This document shows positions 22,410 through 34,074 of a DNA stretch of 64,000 nucleotides, one piece after another. The position numbers were made by a program, and so were the translations under genes. The notes beneath the pieces were generated by a model that ran no database searches, had not been told where the DNA came from, and saw only the letters and a program-made list of their open reading frames with translations. Every line of letters starts with the position of its first letter. The first letter of the stretch is position 1. Source of the DNA: Perkinsela sp. CCAP 1560/9 (taxonomy: Eukaryota > Protista > Euglenozoa: Kinetoplastea); assembly GCA_965644495.1 (NCBI GenBank), contig CBFFSA010000002.1, positions 1,054,001-1,118,000 on the forward strand. Reading direction: 5' to 3'.

Positions 22410-25400
22410 CTTTACACTCGAAGCCGTTTGGACGCTGCACGACACCCACAAGTCCATCGAGGAGCGTATCTATCTCATTAATGAAGGGTGTCTGGTTTGC
22501 TCCGAATGCGGCATTACGCAGCCGCATATTGTCTCCCTCCAGGCGCATCGCATCAAGGTGCACGGGCCGAAACGCCTAAGGGCTGCGTCACGGGTCCTGC
22601 TTCGGGAACACTCCCCGGAAGCCCTCAGGATCAAGGCCGATCGCTTCTCCTCCTTCATGGCTCTATATGAGTTCTGCACGATGGAGGCCCACCTCCAAAG
22701 GGCACAGGCGAGTGCGATGGCTGGAGGCCCACCCTGGCCCCAGCCCACCTTTCGTTCTCCCCCTCATCCCACACCTTTCCCTGGGATAGCGACGAAGCTA
22801 ATTCCCTCGCAGGCTACACCTGCACCGCCAATCAATCCCCAGGTCGACTCTGTTTCAGAACCCTTCAAGATCCTACTCGATCTCGGGCCGGAGCGAGCCG
22901 GATATGCCACTATCCCCTGCCCCCCGGACTCCTCTTTCCAAGCTTTCCTCGGCACAGTGGGGAACACTTTAGGGGTCCCTGGGGAAAATCTCCTCCTCAA
23001 AGACAGTGCTGGCGAAACCACCCCTATCACAGATCGGGAGGGCCTAGATCGCGCTCAACGAGTAGCGGTCAGCCTGTCCCTACCCCCGTAACAACGAGGC
23101 GGCCGTTATTTGGGTGTACGATGGGTCCATGCACGGGTTCATTAATGCCCCCGGACTACAGGCGGCCCACAACATCCCGGCCGGTCTGAGTGAGATTCTC
23201 GGTATTCCCCCAGTGCTGGCTGGAGCTTGGAAACCTCGTGAATACGAGGAGGGTGTGCTATGGTGTTTCCTCCCTACAGAAACCCTAGTCAGCGAAACGG
23301 GATGGACCGCCCGGGTTGTCAAATGCAATCTACGCAGGGGATGCATCGGGGCAAACCCTGGCCCCAGACACAAGAACCGAGAGTCGCTGACCTCATCCGC
23401 CCCCCAGCCCCGGCAGGCACCGAGCGAGACTCCGAGTGCCCTCCTCCAGGAGCCCGACACCCCTTCCCCCAGCAGGGAAGGAACTATCATGGAAGGAATC
23501 GAGGCTGTGACCTCACCGCAACGCCCTCCTTTCCATGCATCTTCCTCCCATTCTCCGCCTCCGTACTCCCACCGCGCAGGGACGGACCCCCCCGACATGG
23601 CCCCCAGCGCCACGCCCCCTCATACCCAAGGCGCGGTCACTGAGCAGGGTAACGTCACGCCTTACCCGGACAGCCTAGCCCAGCTCCTCGATAGGGGCTC
23701 ACTACGTAAACTGTACGCAATCCAATGCCCCGCGTGGAAAGACTACATTAAGTCTATCTGTAGCGACTTCTTGGGGAAGTCGCAGGAAGGGAAGACCAAA
23801 ATCGCCTGGGATCTTCTTCTCGGGGTTAAACGGTTCCTGTTTTTCCCCGAGGACAAGCTGTCCCAGAGGTAGTTGGCGAGGGAGTTACGGAAACGGGCTC
23901 ACCTAGAGGGGTCGGAATCCATCGCTCCAACTCCCCTCCTCACCAACAGTTTCCCCCGTTCTGTTATCAAACGGGTTACCGAGCTGATCCGGGCGGGGGC
24001 TTTCTCGAGGGCGGCTAAAATCTTGGAAGCCCCCCTCGATCCGCCGGCAAACCCGGCTACAGCGGGGGAACAGGTGAAACGCCTCCACCCTACGGGAGGT
24101 CCCCCAAGTTCGTCCCCCAAGTTCGTCCATGACAAGGAAAGTCATGGACCCCTCCCGTCGGCGGCAGATGTTGTCCGTAAGGCAACTAGCCTTGCGCCGC
24201 TTAGACCGCCAGGCCCGTCCAGATGGACCAAAGAACTCCTGGTCCCCATCCTCCAGGAGGATGACCCGAGGGACGTGGTCACTTGGATCATCCAAGGGAT
24301 CCTCACGAACTCCCTCCCTCCCACGATGAGGGATTTCCTCGCGGGAGCCAACCTCAAGCTCTTTAACAAGCCTGGGGCCCCGGTGGGACATCACTCCTCG
24401 TACAGGCCCATTGCCATGGGGGAGGTCATCCTGAAGCTCGCGGATCTACTAGCCCTTGAACAGGTCAGAGACCACCTCCCAGCTGTGTTTCAGGGCCTCC
24501 AATTCGGAGCCCAATACACTCAAGGATGCGAGCAAGTCGTGTATGAAGTGAGAGATCACTTCCGCGACAGACCCGATGAGGTGATCGTGGCGGTCGACCT
24601 GGAAAATGCTTTTAACAGCATTTCCCGCGCGGCCATTTTCCGAGCCTTGAAAAGGTACCAGAACCTTTTCCCTATGATCGGGATTTCCCTTTTCGGGTAC
24701 GGGACCCCTAGCAAGATCCACCTGGGGGAGGGGATTGCCGTCCCTAGCTCCCGGGGGGTGAAACAAGGGGACCCGATGGCGCCCATCCTTTTTGCCTTAG
24801 GGATACAGGGCGCCATCTCGGCCGTGGCGGCTAAATACTCTGGCTGTCTAAAGCTATGGGCATATCTGGATGATATAACCATAGACGCGGAGCCCGGGGT
24901 GTGCGTAAATGCCCTTGGCTCCATGGAAGCGGAGATCAAGTTTTTGGGCTTAAAGGTCAACACGGCCAAGTGCATGGTGGCTACCCGCCACCCGGACTTG
25001 TACTCGGTCTTCTCGGGGAGCAGGATGCAACATGCTCCGGGGGGGTTCAAGCTTCTGGGGGCGTATATTGGCGCCACGGAAGCAGTTGAAGAGGGATAGG
25101 TCCTATCGAAGGTTCCCAAGGTCACAAACTTCTTGGGTAAGCTGAAGGACTTACCCAGACAGTGCGCCCTTCCCCTTCTTCGCCTATTCGGGAGCCCCCG
25201 GTGGAACTACATAGTTCGTATGCATGAACCGGGGGTGACCAAAAAGGCAAACCTTCAGGTAGACGCGGCCATCACCGCATGCTCCTAAACCTTAATCGGG
25301 GGGATGGGTGCAATAGGAACGACGCCGTTCGCAAACAAACTTTTTACGGCGGACTTCCTGGGCACCATCCCCTTCGAAGACAAGGCGGAGGACATGCAGG

Positions 25401-26261
25401 CCAAAGCCGTCAAGGCCTTACAAGGCCGACCCCCTGGCACCCCAGCCAGGGAGCAGCGACGTGCTTATGGGGCGGCGGCTATGGACAAGGCACCGTCGGC
25501 CACGCATCTGGTCTGCATGCGACAGATTCAGAACACCCACTCCACCAAGTGGATGAACGCGTGGCCGAACAGGCCGGAGTACTACATGCGGGATCCCGAA
25601 TGGGAGACCGCCGCTAGGCTCCGGTACATGGTGGCCCCCACCTCCGAACCTGAGATCCAATGTGTGTGTGGCGCAGCCCTCAAAAACGAGGATTTCTACG
25701 TCCATGCCATGGATTGCAAAAAGGTTCGTAACAAGACTCAGGCCTCTCGCCATAAGGGGGTTAAGGAAACCTTCAGGAACCTACTGATCCAGTACGGATT
25801 CTCCCCGGACCTAGTCGAACCTAGGTTCGACAACGGGCGGGGACCGGACATCTGTTTCCTTTTGGGGCGGAAGCTCGTCCTCGTAGACGTGACGGTGGTG
25901 AACCCACTGGCACCGTCTTATGTGGACAAGGAGGCAGCAGACTCCTCCTTCACCGTGAGACAGGCCGAACGCCTCAAAAGGCGTACTCACGAAGAAATGG
26001 CGGGGGCCAGGGAGATGGACTTCTTCCCGCTGGCCTTCACCACTTACGGTGTCCCCGGCCCCGAGACCCTCCAGTTTCTTAAACTGGTTGCTCGAAAGGC
26101 CACCGGAGAAAAGAATGGTTGCCTCAGCCACTTCATCATGGCAATTGGGGTAGCCATCCAAAAGGGGAACGCCCAGATAGCGCACGCCGCGGTACGAAAT
26201 TGGTACCGGCGGGGCGTGCGCTAACTGGGCAACGGTGAGGAGGAAAAAAGAACAAAAAAAA
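22410..26261 (+). mobile_element. CRE-clade (SLACS/CZAR/CRE-like) non-LTR retrotransposon, degenerate
   Basis: C2H2 finger CSEC..H....H; RT motifs YRPIAMGE, DLENAFNSISR, GVKQGDP, YLDD; CCHC plus RLE (RHKG, PDI, VDVTV, FFPLAFTTYG). A-rich tail followed by antisense SL exon. In-frame stops at ~23870, 25097 and 25286, plus a frameshift. Confidence 0.9.
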
Positions 26262-26290
26262 ACAGAAACTGTATCTTTATAGCTGTATCT

Positions 26291-26725
26291 TTATGCTTCG
26301 CTCAGTGCACCAGGAAGATTATGTGTACATAGTGGACCACTGTGCATGTTTGAACCTAGATATATAGACTTCAGGTTATGTGGAAGAAAATCAAGTGGAA
26401 GTTCACCCGTTAAAAAATTGGCAAACATATTTAGATGCTGCAACGACTGAGGTATGTATTTCCAACCGGGGGTTCCTTGAAGTTGAAGTCGCTGCCATTG
26501 AATGTGCGGTACATCGTCTGGTCTAGTCGAATCTTTACACTGAATTCCAGACCACATGCAACCCGGAGTTGATGAGTTCCACGTTGGATTAATGTTCTTT
26601 AAACCTTCTGTAAATCGAGAAAGTTCAATTTCTGGGGGAAATGAACCAGATACTTTTCCGCGACGACGGCTGTAGCTCTCGGCATCTTTCTGCTTTATAT
26701 GCGTTTTTGCGACTTGATCGTCCAT
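26291..26725 (-). pseudogene. 3'-truncated LRR gene fused to SL sequence
   Basis: RRGKV subfamily. Ends at HNLPGALSEA, directly abutting duplicated SL exon sequence; C-terminal half absent. Confidence 0.8.
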
Positions 26726-26903
26726 ACTAAATATGAAATGCTACCTCAGCATAAAATGATATTATTTTGCTACACTTTGTGATATCTTTTGATTCATTTG
26801 TGATATCGCCAAAAATTAATTTATTTTACCCTTTCATCATGCTTTTTTTACATAAGCAAACAAACAAAGGAGGCTGCAACCCTCTTCTGCTAAAAATAAC
26901 TGT

Positions 26904-27024
26904 ACCGTAGAAACGGAAATTAAGGAAATTTAAAAATTAGAAAATGTTAATTAAGAAAAAATCTTTTCCTTCCGAAAAAATTCCGTGTCACAATGAAACC
27001 TTCCTTAATTTCGGTTTCTACAGT
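26904..27024. mobile_element. Small MITE
   Basis: GTAGAAACGGAAATTAAGGAA ... TTCCTTAATTTCGGTTTCTAC inverted ends. Confidence 0.55.
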
Positions 27025-27118
27025 ATTCTAAAAAAACAGTAAAAATCTTGCAACCCGCAATCATCTTCGAGTGGGGAGAGAAGGTCGCCATCAATAGGCA
27101 TAGTTCATATTTTCTCCG

Positions 27119-27994
27119 CTAACATATGCTAATTTTATCATCGTGCTTAAATTCAAAAAGTGATTCGGGAAGGGTTGATCTATTGACCTCCCCGTAAAGT
27201 TCCAAATTGCCGTTCAAAAGCAACGTATTCAATTGTTTTGGCAGATTGTTGAGTAGAATCCACCCAGAAAAAATGTTGTTATTTAAGCGCAATGACAATA
27301 ATGAAAGCGGCAGCTTGTCTAGATTCAGAGACCCGGTAAACAGATTGCGTGATAAATCAAGTATAAACATCTTCCTAGGAAGTGCCGTTAAGTTTATATC
27401 GCCTGAAAGAAGATTCCCTTGTAATTCTATAACTTCTAGGCATTTCGACAAATTCACCAAATCGGCACTTCCTGTAAATTGATTGATGCACGCGGATACG
27501 TCTATTAAATTATTCGGCATGCCTATGAGATCTAGAGACCCGTGAAATAAGTTATTACAAACATCAAAATGTGTGATTTTCGAAGGCAACAAATCCAACT
27601 GTAGAACTCCTTGAAGATTGTTACGCAATGCGTAAAACCTGCTCACAGTTCGGGGCATATATTGCAGCGCCAAGGTCCCCTCCAAGGCCATGTCACGACA
27701 ACTAATTTCGGAGACGTCGATGCCGTTCTTGCAGGTTATGCCTTTCCATTTACACGCAGGTACGGACGCGCTCCAATTAAGGAGTGAATTCGTGATATTT
27801 GAGAAAAGTCGCGCAAGTTCCTGCTCTTGTGGCAACCCTACACCCCGTACTTTAGCGGCGCGTGTGTAGTGCGTTGTGGTCAGGGGTATTGCGCCCGGAT
27901 TAGGTACATTTGCTCGCGTAAGCTGCAGAACATCTTCGTTTGACTTTAGTCTATTGTGGGGGAGCTGTTGAGTATCTGAGCAATGAGAGAGCAT
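27119..27994 (-). CDS. LRR family protein
   Basis: RAAKVRG..LPQEQEL, Cys cap, ~8 LRRs. Confidence 0.85.
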   Translation of the reverse strand: MLSHCSDTQQLPHNRLKSNEDVLQLTRANVPNPGAIPLTTTHYTRAAKVRGVGLPQEQELARLFSNITNSLLNWSASVPACKWKGITCKNGIDVSEISCRDMALEGTLALQYMPRTVSRFYALRNNLQGVLQLDLLPSKITHFDVCNNLFHGSLDLIGMPNNLIDVSACINQFTGSADLVNLSKCLEVIELQGNLLSGDINLTALPRKMFILDLSRNLFTGSLNLDKLPLSLLSLRLNNNIFSGWILLNNLPKQLNTLLLNGNLELYGEVNRSTLPESLFEFKHDDKISIC

Positions 27995-28480
27995 TAGAAT
28001 CAATGCGATTCTTCGAGTAAAAAAGCAAGAACGATTTCGTTAGAATAAGTAAGATTGTAGTAGAAAGAGGCATGTCAAATTCGGATAAGGAAACTCCGAA
28101 TGCTTTATTGAGAAGAAAAGAAACGAAATTTACGAAATAAGGGTCAAGATGTAGCAAGTGCATGAATTCGGCAACATGTGCGTAAAGGAGGTATCAAACT
28201 CGTATGCCTAAAGTTTTCAATATAAAATGGTGTAATACCTCATTACCGTGGGGATCGCCTCATCTTAAGGCATCGCTCGTATCGTTCGTGATGGGAAGCA
28301 CTTCGTCCACCATTTGTTTCCTTACTCTTGCGTACGTTATACTTTTTTTTTAAACCAATCACCGCAAAATCAGTCCTCACACCATCCTTATTCGCAAAAA
28401 ACGAGCAAGCTTGTCTCTTTCTTGGAAAAATCAAAACACCTTCTTCCTCGTCCTCCACTACCCAACCCCCCCTCTCCCCC

Positions 28481-31400
28481 TTACCCCCACCCAATCCCCT
28501 CACTCATCCCTCTCCTTCGCCGTGTCTTTTGCACAATCTCCCGTTCGAGGCCATACACCGGAACCGGCTCCCCGAGCCGTGTTTTTGTCCCCCCTCCCGC
28601 CTCTAGCGGGTCTCCGGGGACCATATCCCAATGCGAGAAGGTCCCGACCCCAAACGCACTCCCCGCTCGAGGGGAGACCGTTTTAAGCCGCACCTCCGTC
28701 TCCAGCCCCACACTCTCCATCACCGGCACATCCGCCGTGAGACACCACAGCGGGGTCCCGGGGACTCGACCCTCCGCCCGCACCTTACCCCGACGGGCAC
28801 GAACCAGGGCGTGGATCGTCTCGGTGTCGTTGTGGTTGTTTTGTTTACCACGAGTCGATTGGGGTAACCCCCCCTGAACCGTATTCGTGTTTGGATTATG
28901 CCTACTCCCACTACTACTACTCCCTTTATTAGGTAAAGTAGAAGTGGAAGAATCCAGGGCGGCTAACCCATTCCCCATCACCTCAAACCGATAAATCGGT
29001 TCCATTAACCTTGGAGAGGCACGGAGGAGGGCTCCCCAGATCGCATCCCGTGTCCCGGGGAGGAGTAGACCCCGGGGAAGGGAAGGTCCCGAGTAATAAG
29101 GGGCAGAGGATAACGAAGAGCTCCCCGCTCCTCCTCTACTCCTCGTTGTGTTATTCCCCTCGTTCATCTCCAAGCCGTGGAGGGATACCATCACCCCATG
29201 GAGAGGGGACCCGCAAAGGGGCCCCTCTCGACAGGCCCAGAGAAACCCCTCGGTGAGAAGGGGTTTGTGGGCGTCGAGTGCGGGGGAGAGGGAGACATAG
29301 GAAGAAGAGGAAGAGAAAGATGAGAGAGTAGAAAAAGGGGATGAAAAAGAGGAGGGCTGCATGACTTCTGCAGGTGCATTGGTGTTTTCTAAGGTACTCG
29401 TTGTTTTTGTTTTTGCTGCTTTAGAAGATGAGGAGGTAGGGGGTGTTGGGACGGCAAAGACCGCCCGGTTAATGAACACGTTGGGGCCATGGACGGGGTC
29501 GGGCGCCCAGGTCCAGATGTGGTCCAGGGTGAGGGTATCCCAGTGGTAAGTGTTCGCGAGACGTTCACGGGGAATTGGCCTGTGGCGGAGCTCCTCAAGC
29601 AACGCGGAGGGAAGGGGGGATACGGAGAGGGAGAGTTTTGGGAGAGACCCTGCTGAGGAGGTTGGTGATGATTGCGAATGGGGTGGAAGCGTTTCCGTGT
29701 TCCTTTCTGTGGGAGCAGCCCCAAGAGAGTGGGTATAGGGTCGGGAGGAGGCCACCTCAATTGTTTCTCGAAACGCAGCGGTGGGGTAGTTGACTTTGAT
29801 CTCAATTTTGCCATAGCATTCGCGGAGGTCGCGCAGCACTGTGTCCAGGTAGAGTTCCCCAGGTGCCGTGAGGACGATCTCCCCGGTGTCCTCGGTCTCG
29901 ATTCGAAGACAAGGGTACATGAATGAGGCACACAGCAGGGCGTGCTTCAGTTCAGCATGCTCATCCGGACGCAAGGCCTCAACACCAATTTTAAACACAG
30001 GCAGCGAGCGCAGGTGTCGTAGAGGGTTGAACAGAGAATCAAGTTTTGACGTGTCACTTGCGCAGTGCTCGTTTCCATTTCGGGACCCAACAAAATTCTC
30101 AAACATGAATTGACGTAGTTTTTCAGGAGAGCGGAGGGAAGATAGAATGCCATTCGGATGTGGCCAACAGCTTAGTACATCCGACGTAAGACCTTGAAGG
30201 TGAACAAGGACCCCGCACTTGGCCTCGGGTAGGGGCACTACCCCAGAGGGGGTCGTGATGAGGAGAGCCTCGACAGTTAGCATTGTGAGAGCTGCCTCAC
30301 TAGACTGTGATCCCGACCAAGCGCCTTCTGCCTCCTCATTGTTCCGCTCCAGTACTTGTTGAACAGAGAAGACGTTCAACTGGTCCCCGAGACGTACGGA
30401 GCCGCGCAAAACGCGGACCACAGGGTAGAAAAACCTGTCATCTACGGCGGCATTGTGCTGCGGGAGGTGCGTGTACTTCACTAGCTGTAGCACCGCAGGA
30501 GAGGGATTGTCAGACTCACGTAGACCCAATCGTTTGGATGGACAGGAAAAGAACTCACGCGTGGCGTCGCCCAGAGCGGAAGTTAAAAACGGTATGCGTG
30601 CTCGGTTGGATTTTAAATCCTCAAGATTGGCAATTATTGTTGTGGCCGTTCCGTAAAAGAATCGCTGTAAACAAGCGCGAAGCAGTTCCGGTGTCTCCAT
30701 GCGTAGTTCATCGTACGTCAAAGCAGGTTGCAGGTCCAGTTTCGCAGTTAAATCCACAGCGTCGGTTTCCACCACAGTAGCCATCATTTTATAGATCGGC
30801 TCAAGTATAAAACGTACAAAAGAAGGTTGTAATGTTTCATCCGTTAGCACAGACTCCTCTTCCGAATGCACCAGCGCGTGCTTCGAGGAATTGTAGTACC
30901 ACGGATCCCAGAGCTGAGCGGCAAATTTCTTCGCCGACAGCGCCCCAAATCGAGACTCCCTGGCATAGGCTTCTTTTTCTTCTTCACTCTCGGGAGCAGC
31001 ACCCGCAGAAAACCCACTTCGACGCGTGCGTGAAAACGAATTCAAGTATTTCTTCGCAAAACTCGGCAACGTAAACAACCACTGCTGGGAGGTACTTCCA
31101 AACACCACATTCCCCGCCGCCGGATCCAGCCTCGGCGTCCGCTCCGCCTCCCACCCCGGCTGCTTCCCCAAAATCTCATTCACCGTATTCACCACATACC
31201 GAATCTTCGCAAACGCATCCACCGGCGGCAAATGCAGCTCCAGCACCAACCTATCCATCTTATTCACCACCACCAAAAGCGGCAGCCCGTGCTCCACCGC
31301 ATGCCCCACCCACCGCTCCCCTTGCGGCCGCACCCCCTCCGCGACATCCACCACCAGCACCACCCCATCCCCCGCGGCCACCCCGCCCCCGAGCCCCGCG

Positions 31401-32047
31401 TCCTCCCACACCCCATGCCCCGGGGTATCCATAAACTGGACCGGGAAGGCGCCCCCCGTGTGCCCGCTGTGGAGCAGCGTCGTGAGACAGTGCGTGCCTG
31501 AGGAGACCCCTCGAGCGGTCTCCTCAAGCCGCATGTCCAGCGCCCGGGGCGTGCGGTGGGGGCAGTGGGGCTCCCCGCGCGCCCGGGCGTGCTGCCGGGC
31601 CAGGTGACGCTGGGCCCCGGGCCGGGTCGGGGGGAGGGGGAAACGGGGGGAGAGCAGCGCGGGGTCGAAGTGGAGATAGGGGTGGAGGGTGAGGAGGTCG
31701 CCGAGGGAGGTCTTGCCGTGGTGGAGATCCCCGACGAGAGAGAACACGCGGAGGGAGGAGGGGGAGGGGAGGGCGAGGAGGGACTCGGCAAGGAAGGTGT
31801 CGGGGGTGGGGCCGGGGGTGGTGGTGGACTCGGGGAGGGAGGCTCTCCAGTGTTGTGTTTTGGTGGGGTGAAAGATGGTGGAGGGCCCGGAGAGGGGGTC
31901 GGCGAGGAGGGAACGCTCGATGGGTTGGGTGTCGCCTTGGGGAATGATGATCTCGACGTTTTCGTCGTCGGTGGTGTGTTGGAGCGATAGGGTGTTGGTG
32001 CGGGTGGCGACGAGTGCGCGCTTCGAAGGATTTGTTGTTTGTTGCAT
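28481..32047 (-). CDS. EFTUD2: U5 snRNP 116-kDa GTPase (Snu114/EFTUD2)
   Basis: GDLHHGKTS, DTPGH, NKMDRLVLELHLPPVDA, GELYLDTVLRDLR, REGPLC, HWDMVPGDPL, KTRRRRGM. Confidence 0.9.
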   Translation of the reverse strand: MQQTTNPSKRALVATRTNTLSLQHTTDDENVEIIIPQGDTQPIERSLLADPLSGPSTIFHPTKTQHWRASLPESTTTPGPTPDTFLAESLLALPSPSSLRVFSLVGDLHHGKTSLGDLLTLHPYLHFDPALLSPRFPLPPTRPGAQRHLARQHARARGEPHCPHRTPRALDMRLEETARGVSSGTHCLTTLLHSGHTGGAFPVQFMDTPGHGVWEDAGLGGGVAAGDGVVLVVDVAEGVRPQGERWVGHAVEHGLPLLVVVNKMDRLVLELHLPPVDAFAKIRYVVNTVNEILGKQPGWEAERTPRLDPAAGNVVFGSTSQQWLFTLPSFAKKYLNSFSRTRRSGFSAGAAPESEEEKEAYARESRFGALSAKKFAAQLWDPWYYNSSKHALVHSEEESVLTDETLQPSFVRFILEPIYKMMATVVETDAVDLTAKLDLQPALTYDELRMETPELLRACLQRFFYGTATTIIANLEDLKSNRARIPFLTSALGDATREFFSCPSKRLGLRESDNPSPAVLQLVKYTHLPQHNAAVDDRFFYPVVRVLRGSVRLGDQLNVFSVQQVLERNNEEAEGAWSGSQSSEAALTMLTVEALLITTPSGVVPLPEAKCGVLVHLQGLTSDVLSCWPHPNGILSSLRSPEKLRQFMFENFVGSRNGNEHCASDTSKLDSLFNPLRHLRSLPVFKIGVEALRPDEHAELKHALLCASFMYPCLRIETEDTGEIVLTAPGELYLDTVLRDLRECYGKIEIKVNYPTAAFRETIEVASSRPYTHSLGAAPTERNTETLPPHSQSSPTSSAGSLPKLSLSVSPLPSALLEELRHRPIPRERLANTYHWDTLTLDHIWTWAPDPVHGPNVFINRAVFAVPTPPTSSSSKAAKTKTTSTLENTNAPAEVMQPSSFSSPFSTLSSFSSSSSYVSLSPALDAHKPLLTEGFLWACREGPLCGSPLHGVMVSLHGLEMNEGNNTTRSRGGAGSSSLSSAPYYSGPSLPRGLLLPGTRDAIWGALLRASPRLMEPIYRFEVMGNGLAALDSSTSTLPNKGSSSSGSRHNPNTNTVQGGLPQSTRGKQNNHNDTETIHALVRARRGKVRAEGRVPGTPLWCLTADVPVMESVGLETEVRLKTVSPRAGSAFGVGTFSHWDMVPGDPLEAGGGTKTRLGEPVPVYGLEREIVQKTRRRRGMSEGIGWG

Positions 32048-33199
32048 ACTGGGATTGAAGTAGAAAAAGACACAGCTTTATGAAAATTTTAATGAATTAA
32101 AACACTGTCCGGGTGAATATTCCTGGTAGGAATATTAAGAGGGTAAAGGAATACTACGAGGTATAGGAATATTAAAAAATTAGCAGAAAAGGACCAAACG
32201 TTTTTTTGGATATTATAATTTTTGGATATTAGGATATTAAGCTGAATTAGGATAATAGTGAAGGTGAGTAAGGATAATAAGCTGAAAAAGGCCGAATTAG
32301 GATACTCATCCAATTAGGGTATTCATCCAACGTTACTAAGTATAACATCCTAATTCAGAAAATGTTTATGGATTGAAGGCTTATTCACTTCACTTCCTTC
32401 ACTTCACTTACAGTAAAAGTCACTATTCTGAGAGTAAAAATGAGAATTGGGCTGTCAACGCTCAGTTGGTAAAAATAAGGATGAAATGGTAAAATGAGAA
32501 TGGGGCTTTGACTTTTAATGTCAACGTTCAACTCCAATACAACCAAAAAATGAGAATGCAAAATAGCAGTTCTTTTTCAGTGGGAATCTGCTACATCTGT
32601 TGCTTCGTATCTCCCTCGCCTCTTTATACCTGGATTAATATAATTCTGAGTTTAGATTAAAACTTACGTCGAGCAAACGTGGTACAGAACCCGTCATTAA
32701 TTGCGGTGGTTGTATACAGTGGTTTCAGTTGATCTTGCCCCCCCTCGGAATTTTGATTTTTTTGATCCGTTTTTGATCATCTTTGCAGCATTGGAGAGAT
32801 CTCGTTCCCCTAGCGAAGCACTTTGCCGCCATTTTTTCATACAAACTCCCTGGTGCCCCCGGGGTCCAAAAAATACTGTTTTTTGGACGTGTTATGTGTA
32901 CACAAACATTTTTTGCCACATTTTCCCGATTTTCTGTATATTTTGCACATGTAAGTACGAGTGATTGTGTTCTAAATTGATAATTTGAAAGCTCTATGTC
33001 TAGTACCCTCTCTATTGCCTAAGTTAATTTAGTCAACACCTCTACATTATGCAGACCAGACCCTCTAACCCCAAACAGGGGGGGTACGTACAAGGATGGA
33101 ACGACACAAGAGAAGACAATCCCCCAATACCAAGCTGCAGAAACCGTAGGTGGTATGGGGGGAAGGGGGTAATGGCTTGGATGGGTATTAGTGTAGAAC

Positions 33200-33731
33200 A
33201 CGGATTTTTCTTTCAATTCACGGGCTTGCTTAAATCGGATCTAATCCAGCATGTGACATTGTTGGTCGCTGCACAGGTGTTGACACCACTTCCGCGTCGC
33301 AAGATTAGAATATGGATGACAGCCTTCTTATTGCCCAAACCTAAGAAGAAATTGATGGCATACACTGAACGATATCCAGGACATGGTACCAGTACCTTGT
33401 TGTCTTATTTTCTTTCGTTCTTGGTCGCCCATGGCCCGTTCACCCATTCCGGGGGAAGAAGAACCCCGCGCCGCTGCGCCTGCTGCCCTCTACACCCCCC
33501 ATCCCCGCCATTCTTTGTGTGCAGCAGTTGCTATAACGTCCTTCCAGTTGCCGTGCATTGATTTCATGTGTTCAATAAGCGCCGAATGAGATCGCTCTGC
33601 AGACTTGTGGCTTTGGAACCATATCTTTCATTGGATCATGGACACTTCGTACACAACCAATAAATAGAATTTCCAGGGTTACGCACAAACTACCACTCTA
33701 TTAATTGATCGCCATCAACGCTTCTTGACAT
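33200..33731 (-). mobile_element. BED-finger transposase relic
   Basis: YWLCTKC..SALIEHMKSMH across frameshifts and stops. Confidence 0.4.
33392..33510 (+). other. Inserted 5' fragment of a trans-spliced mRNA
   Basis: SL 3' end GTACCTTGTTG joined to a pyrimidine-rich 28-nt UTR and ATG at 33431. Confidence 0.5.
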
Positions 33732-34074
33732 GTGAAAAGATAGAAAATAATATGGCTGAAAATACGAATCGTGATGCGTATAGAAAGTTGGATTAGCAGT
33801 TGTAATAATCTATTATACTACTGATTATACTACTATAATAATTATTTAATAATGATTATTATTAAAGAAAAAAATTATTTATAATTCTGCTACTATGTGA
33901 AAATGTTACTTCTAATAATATCCTCTAACTGAAGCAAAAAAAAATCAAGATAAAGGTCCTTGGCGCTTCCAGGCGCTCCCACCCAGAGTCACCCCTCTGA
34001 GAACCACGTGCTCCAAGCTTTAAGTTCTTGCCACTCCGCCACAATATTTATTTAAAACTAACACTAACATGTAT

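Noticed and set aside
23870-25290. Stop-codon reassignment suggested by in-frame TAG/TAA in the CRE ORF
   Set aside because: Host genes are uninterrupted and end in standard stops, and the element also has a frameshift. Ordinary decay explains it.
31026-32073. Overlapping Pro- or Gly-rich ORFs
   Set aside because: Shadow frames of the GC-skewed EFTUD2 gene.
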